Assembly (NCBI GenBank): GCA_016931995.1
Contig: JAFGDS010000102.1
Span: 1-64,000 of the forward strand
Direction: 5' to 3'
Source: Pirellulales bacterium
Lineage (GTDB): Bacteria > Planctomycetota > Planctomycetia > Pirellulales > Thermoguttaceae
Length of the DNA: 64,000 nucleotides
Below, in pieces: positions 9,654-18,681 of this stretch. A program made the translations under genes and the position numbers. A model generated the notes under the pieces. It saw only the letters and a program-made list of their open reading frames with translations, did not search any database and was not told the origin of the DNA. Positions within the stretch are counted from its first letter, which is position 1; every line of letters begins with the position of its first letter.

Positions 9654-10702
9654 CATTGTCCACGAAACACGGGGGCATGGCTTCCGCGCGGGCAACGCTG
9701 CTCGCCCTCGTCGCGATGGCGCCTCTAGCCGGGTGCTCCGAGTTGGACCTCCGGCCGGACTTCACCCTGCCGGGCTTCGAGGAAAAGCCCGCCGTGCCCA
9801 ACCGGATGGTGGCCATGTGGACTGACGCGATCCGCCACAAGTCGGGCGAGGCGACGATGCGCGGCTTCGGCGGCCGGATCATGTTCTACGCCAAAGACAA
9901 GAAGAAGCCCGTCAAGGTGGAAGGCACGCTGAGCGTCTACGTCTTCGACGACCGCGGCGCCGACCCGAAACACGCCGTGCCCGAAAAGAAATACGTCTTT
10001 CTGCCCGAACAGCTTCCGCTGCACTACAGCGAGTCGGACCTGGGCCACTCGTACAGCTTCTTCCTGCCCTGGGACGAGGTGGGCGGACCCCAGCGGCAGT
10101 TGACGCTCATCGTGCGTTTCGAGGCGGCCACGGGGCAGGTCGTGATGTCGGACGCCTCGCGCCGGACGTTGCCGGGCCGGACGGACGTCGTCGCGCCGCC
10201 GAGCGGACCGCTGGCGCCGACCGCGGCGGCCGTCGACGGGGTGCGGCCGGTCGGGCACGTGGCGCTGGCCCCGCCCGCGGCCCATGCCGTCAGCGGTGTG
10301 ATGCTCACCGACACGATCGACGTGCCGCCGAGCTTCGTCCAGGGCGGAATTGTCGCGCCCCAGCCGGTCCCAAACTGGTCGGTTCAGAACGCCACCGAGA
10401 CCTGGGTGCCCGCGGGCGCTGCCGCGCCGGCTAGCGCCGTTCCAGCCGGAGCGGCCGCGGCATGGGTTGGCGGGAATCCGGCGGCGCCACCGACAAGTTA
10501 TTCCGCACCGTCGCGACTCCGGGCTCCAAGAGTAACACGAGGGCGGCCAACTCCCGGTCGCGCGACGATGCTACCTGCCCCGACAGCGTGGCCGTCTGCC
10601 CCTGGAACGTCACCCGGACCGGCTCCCGCAGCGTCAGACCCGGCGTGGCCGCAAGACGCTTCGCAAGCCTCGCCGCCGTGGCCGAGTCCGATGGCCGGGT
10701 GA
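9650..10702 (+). CDS. Lipoprotein of unknown function, translationally coupled to the secretin (candidate pilotin or accessory protein)
   Basis: ATG overlaps the secretin TGA (ATGA). Lipobox LAGC in MTLSTKHGGMASARATLLALVAMAPLAGCSE. Well-composed N-terminal about 200 aa; the C-terminal third is P/A-rich and overlaps the convergent BON gene. Confidence 0.55.
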   Translation: MTLSTKHGGMASARATLLALVAMAPLAGCSELDLRPDFTLPGFEEKPAVPNRMVAMWTDAIRHKSGEATMRGFGGRIMFYAKDKKKPVKVEGTLSVYVFDDRGADPKHAVPEKKYVFLPEQLPLHYSESDLGHSYSFFLPWDEVGGPQRQLTLIVRFEAATGQVVMSDASRRTLPGRTDVVAPPSGPLAPTAAAVDGVRPVGHVALAPPAAHAVSGVMLTDTIDVPPSFVQGGIVAPQPVPNWSVQNATETWVPAGAAAPASAVPAGAAAAWVGGNPAAPPTSYSAPSRLRAPRVTRGRPTPGRATMLPAPTAWPSAPGTSPGPAPAASDPAWPQDASQASPPWPSPMAG

Positions 10703-11072
10703 CATCGAAACCGACCACCAGCCGCGGGTCGTAGATCGTGTCCGGCCGGCGCGTCGTGTTTGCTTCCTGCTCGCGTTCGATGTCGAGCCCCGCCGTGGCC
10801 GAACGGACCTGACCCGTCGAGCTGCCCTGCTGCAAGCCCACGAAGCCGGCGGTGTCGCGGGTGTCCGTGCCGATGAAGTCGTTGCGGCGTCGGTTGCCGC
10901 GGATGAATCGTTCGTTGCCGCGGACGGCGCCGACCTCGGCGTTGTCGCCCGCCCCGGCGCGCCGATTCATCGGCGAGCCTTGACGTCGCGTGCCGCCGAA
11001 CAATTGCCCGCGAGCGTCATCAACGAGCGCCCAAAACAACAGGATCATCAAACACGCGGCAGACGCTTTCAT
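10431..11072 (-). CDS. Secreted protein with C-terminal BON domain
   Basis: Internal Met MKASAACLMILLFWALV (signal peptide) with AGGAG RBS. C-terminus VRVTFQGQTATLSGQVASSRDRELAALVLLLEPGVATVRNNLSV fits the BON pattern. Confidence 0.6.
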   Translation of the reverse strand: MKASAACLMILLFWALVDDARGQLFGGTRRQGSPMNRRAGAGDNAEVGAVRGNERFIRGNRRRNDFIGTDTRDTAGFVGLQQGSSTGQVRSATAGLDIEREQEANTTRRPDTIYDPRLVVGFDVTRPSDSATAARLAKRLAATPGLTLREPVRVTFQGQTATLSGQVASSRDRELAALVLLLEPGVATVRNNLSVAPPDSRQPMPRPLRLERR

Positions 11073-11320
11073 GTTCGCGACTCCTGGCGGGCGGGAGGTG
11101 GGCGGGCGGGCTCTCGGTGAATTGTAGCACGTTCCGCCGATCACGCCAAACCGAGCGTCGGGCGGGCCTCGGCCGGCCCTTCAGAGCGATTCCACCGCGG
11201 CCCCAACCCCCGCGCGTGCCACCCACGGCCACTCAAAGACTCCCGACCGTTTCTGCCCACCGTTTCTGCCCCCTAAACACTACACGCGCAATCAGGCAGA
11301 CGCTCAATTTGGGCATCGCA

Positions 11321-12040
11321 TCATCTATGCAGCAGGTCGCGCCGCCAGAAAAGCAGAGCGCCTGTGGCCGTGACCAAGAGGATCCAGGCCGCCGGTTCCG
11401 GCACCGGGGTCACCGTGATAACGCCGCCGTACTGTGCATCGCTGAAGCAAACGATGGTGCCGGTTTGTCCATAGGGTATTCCGCACGGATCGCTCGTATG
11501 GCTGCCGTATATACCGATGAATGTTTCGACGTAGCCGTCAAAACCGCCAATTGCCTGATCGAATTTCCAAATGACTTCGGACTCGGATGTATCCCACGCA
11601 GGAAAGCCCGTAGTCTCGAAGTAACTGGCCCAGGTTCTATGATCCCGTATGGGGACATCGTTCGGGAAGGAGATGGCAATGCCTGGATCATTCACATCGC
11701 CATAGAGGCCGATCAATGCGTAGGCGGGATCAGCATGTCCTTCGGGGCTCTTGAAATCCTCGGGATCGGCCCAATGGGTTTGCAGGAAAATCGTGGTCTC
11801 GTTGGCCAGCAACGTTCCGAGCGAAGTCATCAAACGGCCCGACGTATTGCTACCGTAATAGACATATGCGTTTCTGATGTCGGTGCTGGGAGTGACCGCA
11901 ATCTGGAAAAGCGTGTCGCCATGGGCTTCACCGCCCCAAGCCGTCGCCATTCCCAATGCCAGGCACCCGGCTTGAAGTCCCGATTTCCAGTTTTTCTTCC
12001 TCTGTTTCCTTGCTTTCTGAACGGTCATCTTCTTGCGCAT
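11321..12040 (-). CDS. PEP-CTERM sorting-domain protein (putative exosortase substrate), low-GC gene
   Basis: C-terminus VTPVPEPAAWILLVTATGALLFWRRDL (PEP motif + TM + Arg cluster). Strong AAGGAGG RBS before MRKK. N-terminal signal-like segment. About 50% GC versus about 67% in flanking genes. Confidence 0.75.
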   Translation of the reverse strand: MRKKMTVQKARKQRKKNWKSGLQAGCLALGMATAWGGEAHGDTLFQIAVTPSTDIRNAYVYYGSNTSGRLMTSLGTLLANETTIFLQTHWADPEDFKSPEGHADPAYALIGLYGDVNDPGIAISFPNDVPIRDHRTWASYFETTGFPAWDTSESEVIWKFDQAIGGFDGYVETFIGIYGSHTSDPCGIPYGQTGTIVCFSDAQYGGVITVTPVPEPAAWILLVTATGALLFWRRDLLHR

Positions 12041-12570
12041 GACGGCCTCCTTCACTTGGAGCGGCATTGTTATGGCGGGAAGACAAAGGGTTCGAGATCA
12101 AGCCCGGTGGCATACGCTGGAGTCTTGACAAACAGCCACTCCAACGCATCATCGAATATCGCGCACTACGGCGGGGCGGTCAATCCCCGCCCGAGATAAC
12201 GGTCAACACCGATGCAGGGCGGCAAGGTGTTTCGGGAACCGTTTCCCTGTTTGAACTTTCTCTTGAAGACGTAAGTCTTTGCCCGATATGGAGAAGGCCC
12301 TACGACGTTCTCGCGGGTGACCCGGTTCTTGAACCGGTGTGGCAAAGCCACGGGAGGTTCCGGACCTCTTGCCACCGCGCGGCCCAGGTTCAAGGACCTG
12401 GGTTACGTGGACCTAGACTGCGACGAGGTGGCGGGGCAGCTCTGGAAAACCCGCACCGAGGCGGCGCGCCCACACATCTGCCCACACCCACCCGAAGAAG
12501 GCCAAGAAACGGCAAGGGGCTGCGGAACCGAGGATTCCGCAACCCCTTGTAAAGACTCGACTTGTGAGAG

Positions 12571-12652
12571 CGGAGGGCATGGGAGTCGAACCCACAACCG
12601 GTTACCCGGCACCTGATTTCGAGTCAGGCCGCTAGCCATTCGCTTACCCTCC
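12571..12652 (-). tRNA. tRNA-Ser (anticodon CGA), class II long variable arm, CCA not encoded
   Basis: Hand fold: acceptor GGAGGGU/GCCCUCC; anticodon stem CCUGA/UCAGG with loop CUCGAAA; variable-arm hairpin CCGG-GUAA-CCGG; T-arm GUGGG-UUCGACU-CCCAU. D-arm pairing is imperfect, so the isotype call is moderate. tRNA-Sec rejected (anticodon is not UCA). Confidence 0.65.
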
Positions 12653-12737
12653 GGGGCGAAGGACCCTTGATTTTACCATGGATCTTGCCGCCGCGAAGCC
12701 CTGGAGGGGTCGGGTTTTTCTTTCCCCATGGGGTGAG

Positions 12738-15683
12738 TCAGACGGCGGCGGGATTGTCGTCGGCATCCTCTGGCGGCGTCGGGATTTGGCCGGCTTGGGC
12801 CAGCACATCGCGGAGGTAGCGGCCGGTGTGGCTGGCCGCCGCGGCGGCGAGCTGCTCGGGCGTGCCGACGGCGACGACCTCTCCGCCGGCTTGGCCCCCT
12901 TCGGGGCCCAGGTCGATGATCCAGTCGGCCGTCTTGATGACGTCCAGGTTGTGTTCGATCACGATCACCGTGTTGCCCAGATCGACCAGTCGGGAAAGGA
13001 CGTCCAGGAGCATCCGGGTGTCGTCGAAGTGAAGGCCGGTGGTCGGCTCGTCGAGGATGTAGAGCGTCTTGCCCGAGTCGGGGCGGCCCAACTCCGTGGC
13101 CAGCTTAATCCGCTGGGCTTCGCCGCCGGAGAGCGTGGTCGAGGACTGCCCCAGCGTAAGATAGCCCAGCCCCACTTCGTGAAGGTTCTGAAGAATCCTG
13201 GCGATGGCGGGGAAGTTCTCGAAGAAGCCGGCCGCGTCGTCCACCCGCATGTCGAGCACGTCGGCGATCGAGCGGTCGCGGTAGTGAACCTGGAGCGTCT
13301 GATGGTTGAACCGCCGGCCGTTGCACTCGGGGCAGGTGACGTACAGGTCGGGCAGGAAGTTCATTTCGATCTTGATTTGCCCTTGGCCCTGGCACTCGGG
13401 GCACCGGCCGCCCTTGACGTTGAAGCTGAACCGGCCGACCTTGTAGCCGCGTTGGCGTGCGGCGCGGGTGTTGGCGAACACGCGGCGGATCTCGTCGAAC
13501 GCGCCGGTGTACGTCGCCGGGTTGCTCCGCGGCGTGCGTCCGATGGGCGATTGGTCGATCTGCACGACCTTGTCAATTTGGCTCGCGCCGCGGAGGCCCT
13601 CGTGGGGGCCGGGCTTCGGGGCGACGCCGCCGAGCCGGCGGACCAGCGCCCGGGCGAGCGTTTCGTTCAGGAGCGAACTCTTGCCCGACCCGCTCACCCC
13701 GGTGACGCACACGAGCGCGCCCAGCGGGAATTGGACGGTGACGCCCTTGAGGTTGTTCGTGGAAACGCCCTGCAGCGTAACAACGCGGGTTTTTGCCACG
13801 CGGCGGCGTTTTTGGGGGACGGCGATGCGATCGCGCCCGGCGAGATACCGGCCGGTGGGCGAGTCGGGGTTCGCGGCCACGTCGTCCGGCGTGCCCTGGG
13901 CGACGATCTGGCCGCCGTGGCGGCCCGCGCCGGGGCCCAGATCCACGAGCCAATCGGCCTGGCGGATCACCGCCTCGTCGTGCTCGACGACGAGGACGGT
14001 GTTGCCGCGCTCGTGCAGATCGCGCAGGGCGCCGAGCAAGCGTTGGTTGTCGCGGGGATGCAGCCCGATGGTCGGCTCGTCGAGCACGTAGCACACGCCG
14101 ACCAGTCCCGAGCCCAGCCCCGTGGCCAGCCGCACCCGCTGAAGCTCGCCGCCGCTAAGGGTGTCGGCGGGCCGGTCGAGCGTGAGGTATTCGAGGCCGA
14201 CCTTGTCGAGAAACGCCAGCCGCGCGACCAGCTCGCTCACGATGGGCTCGGCCAGGGGCATGTCCTCCTCGTGGAACGCGAGCGATTCGACGAACGTCCG
14301 GGCTTCCGTGACGGTCATGGCCGTGAGTTCGTGGATGGCCTTGTCGCCGACGCGGACGCCGCGGGCCTCCGCGCGCAGACGCGACCCGCCGCACTCGGGG
14401 CAGGGCATGCCGCCGCGCAGGGCCGAAAGGCGCTTCAGATGGGTTTCGCTCGTGGTCGTGGCCAGCTCCTTTTCGAGCATCACCAACACGCCGGGGAACT
14501 TCCGCCCGTCGCCGCGCAACAGCGCCCGAAGCGTTTCCGGCGCGAGGCGCTCCAGCGGCGTGTTCCAACGGAATCCGGCCGAGGACATGAACTCGCGCAG
14601 GGCCGCTTTGCGCTTGCGCTCGGCCGCGGCCGCCGCGCCACGCCACGGGGCGATAGCTCCGCCGGCCAGCGACAGCTTCGGATTGGGCAGGACTAGCTCC
14701 GGGTCGAACTCGACGCGGACGCCCAGACCCTCGCACGTCGGGCAGACGCCGTAGGGGCTGTTGAAGCTGAACGTCCGCGGCTCCAGCTCCTCGTAGCTGA
14801 TCTTGCAGAAGGGGCAGGCATAGAGCGTGCTATAGAGCACGTCGCGCCACACGCCGGGGGCCGCCGCGCCGGGCGATTCGGACGCCGTTCCCTCATCCGG
14901 CCTGGGTGGCTTCTCCTCGTACGCGGCGAGCACCAATCCCTCGCTCTGGCGGATGGCCAGCTTGATCGACTCGGTCAGGCGGGTGCGGATGCCCTCGCGG
15001 ATGACGATGCGGTCGATCACGGCCTCGATGTCGTGGGCGCGGCGCGGGGCCAGCTCGGGCGGGGCGTGAACGTCCACGACCTCGCCGTCCACGCGGGCGC
15101 GCAACAGGCCCGCCTTGCCGATCGCCTCGAACACCTCGGCGTGCCGGCCCTTCCGCCCGCGGATCATCGGCGCGAGGATCATCGTCCGCGTGCCCTCGGG
15201 CAGGGCCATGAGGTCTTCGAGTATCTGGTCCGGCGTCTGCTGCCGGATCGCCGCGCCGCATTGGTAACAAAACGGTTCGCCCAGCCGCGCGTAAAGAAGC
15301 CGCAGATAGTCGTAGATCTCCGTGACCGTGGCCACCGTGCTCCGTGGATTCTGGCTGCCGGAACGCTGGTCGATCGAGATGGTCGGCTGCAAGCCGTCGA
15401 TCAGATCGACGTCGGGCCGCTCCAACTGATGGAGAAACTGCCGGGCGTAGACCGAGAGGCTTTCGATGTATTGCCTTTGGCCCTCGGCGTAGAGCGTGTC
15501 GTAGGCCAGCGAACTCTTGCCCGACCCGCTGGGCCCGGTCACCACGACGAACCGGTTGCGCGGCAGGTCCAGGTCCACGTTGCGGAGGTTGTGCGTCCTG
15601 GCCCCGCGGATCCGGATGTGCTCGTCCCGGTCTGCCGCAAGCGGTGGACCGTCATCAGGCGCAGTCGGGCACGGGCGGGACAT
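12738..15683 (-). CDS. uvrA: Excinuclease ABC subunit A
   Basis: 981 aa. [17 protein letters not shown].., [34 protein letters not shown], two ABC ATPase modules (second Walker [11 protein letters not shown]) and zinc-finger Cys pairs. Confidence 0.95.
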   Translation of the reverse strand: MSRPCPTAPDDGPPLAADRDEHIRIRGARTHNLRNVDLDLPRNRFVVVTGPSGSGKSSLAYDTLYAEGQRQYIESLSVYARQFLHQLERPDVDLIDGLQPTISIDQRSGSQNPRSTVATVTEIYDYLRLLYARLGEPFCYQCGAAIRQQTPDQILEDLMALPEGTRTMILAPMIRGRKGRHAEVFEAIGKAGLLRARVDGEVVDVHAPPELAPRRAHDIEAVIDRIVIREGIRTRLTESIKLAIRQSEGLVLAAYEEKPPRPDEGTASESPGAAAPGVWRDVLYSTLYACPFCKISYEELEPRTFSFNSPYGVCPTCEGLGVRVEFDPELVLPNPKLSLAGGAIAPWRGAAAAAERKRKAALREFMSSAGFRWNTPLERLAPETLRALLRGDGRKFPGVLVMLEKELATTTSETHLKRLSALRGGMPCPECGGSRLRAEARGVRVGDKAIHELTAMTVTEARTFVESLAFHEEDMPLAEPIVSELVARLAFLDKVGLEYLTLDRPADTLSGGELQRVRLATGLGSGLVGVCYVLDEPTIGLHPRDNQRLLGALRDLHERGNTVLVVEHDEAVIRQADWLVDLGPGAGRHGGQIVAQGTPDDVAANPDSPTGRYLAGRDRIAVPQKRRRVAKTRVVTLQGVSTNNLKGVTVQFPLGALVCVTGVSGSGKSSLLNETLARALVRRLGGVAPKPGPHEGLRGASQIDKVVQIDQSPIGRTPRSNPATYTGAFDEIRRVFANTRAARQRGYKVGRFSFNVKGGRCPECQGQGQIKIEMNFLPDLYVTCPECNGRRFNHQTLQVHYRDRSIADVLDMRVDDAAGFFENFPAIARILQNLHEVGLGYLTLGQSSTTLSGGEAQRIKLATELGRPDSGKTLYILDEPTTGLHFDDTRMLLDVLSRLVDLGNTVIVIEHNLDVIKTADWIIDLGPEGGQAGGEVVAVGTPEQLAAAAASHTGRYLRDVLAQAGQIPTPPEDADDNPAAV

Positions 15684-15743
15684 GGAAGGTAATCCTCAGA
15701 GATGTCTGACTCTGGAGCGTACGTGCCCCACACTATTACCTGC

Positions 15744-16439
15744 TTACTCCTCTGTTCGCGTCTTTGTAAGCGCCGAGGCGAACAGTCCAGCCGGAACCGC
15801 AATAACGCCAATACCCACCAACAATACGACGGCTGTGAACACTCGCCCTCCAACCGTCACCGGGTAAACGTCGCCGTAGCCCACGGTCGTCAACGTTACG
15901 ATCGCCCACCAGAAGCAATGGAACACCGAGCCGAACGCCTCGGGTTGCGCTTCGCCCTCAAAATAGTAGATGCCGACCGAGGAAAGAAACACCAAGACGG
16001 CGGTGGCAATGACGTATAAGACCAGTTCCTCGCGGATCTCGACCCAGGCCAATCGAAACCGCCGGATGGCCGCGCTGTAGCGGCCGAACTTCAACACGCG
16101 GATGACTCGAAACACTCGCACGGCGCGGACGCCGCGAAGGTCCACTCCCGTCGAAATGTAAAAAGGAGCGATAGCCAGAAGATCCACAAGACCGTAGAAA
16201 CTGAAGATGAATCGCAGGCGGTTGTCCGCCACTAGAATCCGCAGGCCGTACTCGATTGTGAACAGGGCGACTGTTACGACTTCGGCCACGTAGAGCCAGA
16301 ATTGCGATTCCCTACTCAAACCCGGCAAGGTCTCGATGGAGAAGGTCACCAGTGAGAAGAGTATCAACCCCTCGATGGCCAGGTCAAAGATCCGCCCGGG
16401 CCACGTGTCCGTGTCCTCAACCAGTTGTTTGAGCGTCAT
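15744..16439 (-). CDS. Voltage-gated potassium channel (Kv-like, 6TM with TVGYGD filter)
   Basis: S4-like RAVRVFRVIRVLKFGR Arg-repeat segment. Pore helix plus selectivity filter TVGYGD. Lies in a lower-GC patch (about 55%). Confidence 0.9.
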   Translation of the reverse strand: MTLKQLVEDTDTWPGRIFDLAIEGLILFSLVTFSIETLPGLSRESQFWLYVAEVVTVALFTIEYGLRILVADNRLRFIFSFYGLVDLLAIAPFYISTGVDLRGVRAVRVFRVIRVLKFGRYSAAIRRFRLAWVEIREELVLYVIATAVLVFLSSVGIYYFEGEAQPEAFGSVFHCFWWAIVTLTTVGYGDVYPVTVGGRVFTAVVLLVGIGVIAVPAGLFASALTKTRTEE

Positions 16440-16442
16440 GTC

Positions 16443-16511
16443 TCACACCAACACGAAGTACGCGATGAGTGCGCCACCAACGAACAGTGCGACGGGAATG
16501 CAACAACCCAT
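16443..16511 (-). CDS. Possible 22-aa hydrophobic micro-protein (MGCCIPVALFVGGALIAYFVLV) ending 3 nt before the K+ channel start
   Basis: Only the tail of ORF 16443-17042 looks protein-like. Stop-3nt-ATG spacing to the channel gene. Weak GGGG RBS. Speculative. Confidence 0.25.
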   Translation of the reverse strand: MGCCIPVALFVGGALIAYFVLV

Positions 16512-16740
16512 TTGCCGCCCCAGCTTCCGCTGCCTGCCGGACCTCGATAGGGGCACTCCTAACTTTCTCGATATCTTTCCCTTCACCGCCGACAAGCCGC
16601 TTGCCCGTTTCCAGGAGAACGAAAATCCAAAGTTCCTGCGTTTTCCCACGGGTCTTACTCCTTTTTTGGTTCCATCCGACACAAGAATGCGCGGGGGCTC
16701 TGCCCCCGGACCCCCGGGATTTTCGCAGGCATGACTCCGG

Positions 16741-16818
16741 TGTCCAATGGTGCTTGCATCCAAGGGGACAGTCCCATTTTCACTGAACAAAATTTGGGAC
16801 AGTCTCCATTGGACACCG
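16741..16818. promoter_or_regulatory. Symmetric motif block: TGTCCAATGG - GGGGACAGTCCC ATTTTCACTGAACAAAAT GGGACAGTCTCC - CCATTGGACA (two GGGAC-N-GTCCC palindromic cores plus an outer inverted repeat)
   Basis: Seen directly, about 330 bp upstream of the K+ channel start on the minus strand. A related pair sits at 28333-28384. Confidence 0.45.
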
Positions 16819-17038
16819 GAGCCATGCCTCAAAAAATCTTGCGGCGAAGCCGCACCGACATAGCGACCTGTGACGGCGCACCCTTCCGCCGGATGAACCG
16901 CTCTTTTTTGCCTTGGCAACGCGATCTGCCGTGCGAGCTCCGGCGTCGCGTTGTCCCGTGTCGCGACCCTGGCTTGCCGCTTGGCGTTTCCGCGTCTGCC
17001 AAAAATGTTGGATGGCCCCGCCCACCCTGCGGTTGAGG

Positions 17039-18118
17039 TCAATCATGGTAGGAAACCGTGGTTCTCCCGAAGAGGTCGGCGTTGGCGTTCTCCAGTGCTT
17101 GACGCGCGATCGCGATATACTCGGGGTCGATCTCGCAGCCCACGCTGTTGCGTCCGTGGCGCATCGCGGCGAGCGTCGTGGTGCCGGTGCCCACGAAGGG
17201 ATCGAGCACCGTGTCGCCGACGAAGCTGAACATCTGGACGAGGCGGCTGGCCAGTTCCAGCGGGAAAGGGGCGGGATGGCGCCGCGTTGAGGCGCCCGTC
17301 AACCCGGTCCAAATCTGCTGAAACCACTTCTGGTGGTTCTCGGCGGAGATGACGCTTAGGATGCGAGCCGCGGCGCTCGGCTTGCGATAGCCGCCTGGCT
17401 TGCGTTCCATGAGAATGAACTCGACGTCGTTTTTGACCACCGCGTTGGGCTCGTAGGGCTTTCCCAGAAACGACGAGCCGTTCTCGACCTCGTACGCCGC
17501 GTTGGCGATCTTGTGCCAGATAATCGGAGCGAGATTGTCGTAGCCAATGGTTTGACAGCGCTCCTGGATGGAAGCATGGAGCGGAACGACCGTGTGCCTG
17601 CCTTTGTTCTTGCGGCGCGACAGGCAGACGTCGCCCACCACGCAGATCAGCCTTCCGCCCGGCACGAGCGCGTCGAAACACCGCTGCCAGACCTTGTCGA
17701 GCTCATCGAGGAACACCTTATAGTCCTCGACGTGGCCGAGTTGCCCTTGTGTGTCACGATACTCCTTGAGCGTCCAATAAGGCGGGGAGGTCACCACCAG
17801 GTGGATCGATTCGGGCGCAAGCGCCAGGGCGCGAGCATCCATCAGACGCAGCTCGTGCGACGTGGGTATCTCTTGAATCGCCGCCTGAATGAGACCAAGC
17901 CGCCGCGGATCCTTCGCGAGGGAAGGAATCGCCGTCCGCGGGTCCGTCACCGCCCGAAGGGACGGTGGCACGAACTCGTCCAACCCAAGACGCGGGTTCC
18001 GTACAGCGGAGGTCGTCACGACATTCCCGACCGTGAGGGCGCCAACAGGAAACCCGCATTGTACAGGTGAACACACGGAGAATCGAGCGGACGGGGAATT
18101 GGGTGATAAGATGCGCAA
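17039..18118 (-). CDS. Beta-class N6-adenine/N4-cytosine DNA methyltransferase, apparently orphan
   Basis: Motif IV TSPPYW precedes motif I LDPFVGTGTT (beta permutation). No restriction endonuclease candidate adjacent. The true start may be downstream of the first ATG. Confidence 0.85.
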   Translation of the reverse strand: MRILSPNSPSARFSVCSPVQCGFPVGALTVGNVVTTSAVRNPRLGLDEFVPPSLRAVTDPRTAIPSLAKDPRRLGLIQAAIQEIPTSHELRLMDARALALAPESIHLVVTSPPYWTLKEYRDTQGQLGHVEDYKVFLDELDKVWQRCFDALVPGGRLICVVGDVCLSRRKNKGRHTVVPLHASIQERCQTIGYDNLAPIIWHKIANAAYEVENGSSFLGKPYEPNAVVKNDVEFILMERKPGGYRKPSAAARILSVISAENHQKWFQQIWTGLTGASTRRHPAPFPLELASRLVQMFSFVGDTVLDPFVGTGTTTLAAMRHGRNSVGCEIDPEYIAIARQALENANADLFGRTTVSYHD

Positions 18119-18237
18119 TCTACAAAAGATCGATCGGCTTTGCTCGTTGTGCTGGATGATCGCGACGATGGGGGCCGATCCTGGGGGTGGGAGCCGCCGA
18201 AGGGCGGCCAGTGCGCCTCACCCTGGAGGGTCGTTCC

Positions 18238-18681
18238 ATGCACGGCGTCCTTTTTCTCTTTCTGGCGGTCGTGGGTACGGGCGACGTGGGCGAGACGGTC
18301 GTCGTCGACGAACCGTCGGCGGCCGAAAGCGGCCAGATGGACGCGGCGCTGCGGCGGGGCTTGGCGGGGGCCCGCGGGCTGGTGTTCGAGGCGACCGACG
18401 CCGAGTCGCTCGATGCGACGCGTGGCTGGATGGGCGAGACGCTCGCGCGGCCCAGACCCGCGCCGCGATGGACGCCATGCCGCGGCCGTTGGTATCGTTA
18501 TCCCGTGTTTCCCGCGGAATACTATTACCAATCGTACGACTACCAGACGGATTTCGACTATCCTTGGCACAAGAGCCCAGCGAGGCCGCGAGGCATTCCC
18601 TTTCACGGCGCGCCGGCCTTGACCGCGTCGCCGACCTCGCCTCGGCCCACGCGGATCGAGCCCATCCCGATGGCGCCATGA
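18238..18681 (+). CDS. Hypothetical small secreted protein
   Basis: Signal-like MHGVLFLFLAVVGTG. High GC3 consistent with coding. Tyr-rich segment YRYPVFPAEYYYQSYDYQTDFDYPWH. No recognisable domain. Confidence 0.3.
   Translation: MHGVLFLFLAVVGTGDVGETVVVDEPSAAESGQMDAALRRGLAGARGLVFEATDAESLDATRGWMGETLARPRPAPRWTPCRGRWYRYPVFPAEYYYQSYDYQTDFDYPWHKSPARPRGIPFHGAPALTASPTSPRPTRIEPIPMAP

Noticed and set aside
8531-10702. 723-aa ORF as a single gene
   Set aside because: Its first about 370 codons overlap the secretin in another frame and translate as junk. The real start is the ATG at 9650, overlapping the secretin stop and followed by a lipobox signal peptide.
12067-12552. 161-aa plus-strand ORF between the PEP-CTERM gene and tRNA-Ser
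   Set aside because: TTG start, P/R/G-rich, no RBS, low-GC flank. Judged noncoding island DNA.
12571-12652. tRNA-Sec as an alternative identity for the long-arm tRNA
   Set aside because: The anticodon loop reads CUCGAAA (anticodon CGA), not UCA. The acceptor stem is 7 bp, not 8.
12700-12737. CCCCATGGGG palindrome right after the uvrA stop as an intrinsic terminator
   Set aside because: No U-tract on the relevant (minus) strand, only AAAGAAAAA. Left as unassigned structure.
16443-17042. 199-aa ORF between the methyltransferase and the K+ channel
   Set aside because: Junk composition over most of its length. It covers an AT-rich intergenic region containing the GGGAC motif block. Only the final 22 codons are kept as a speculative micro-ORF.
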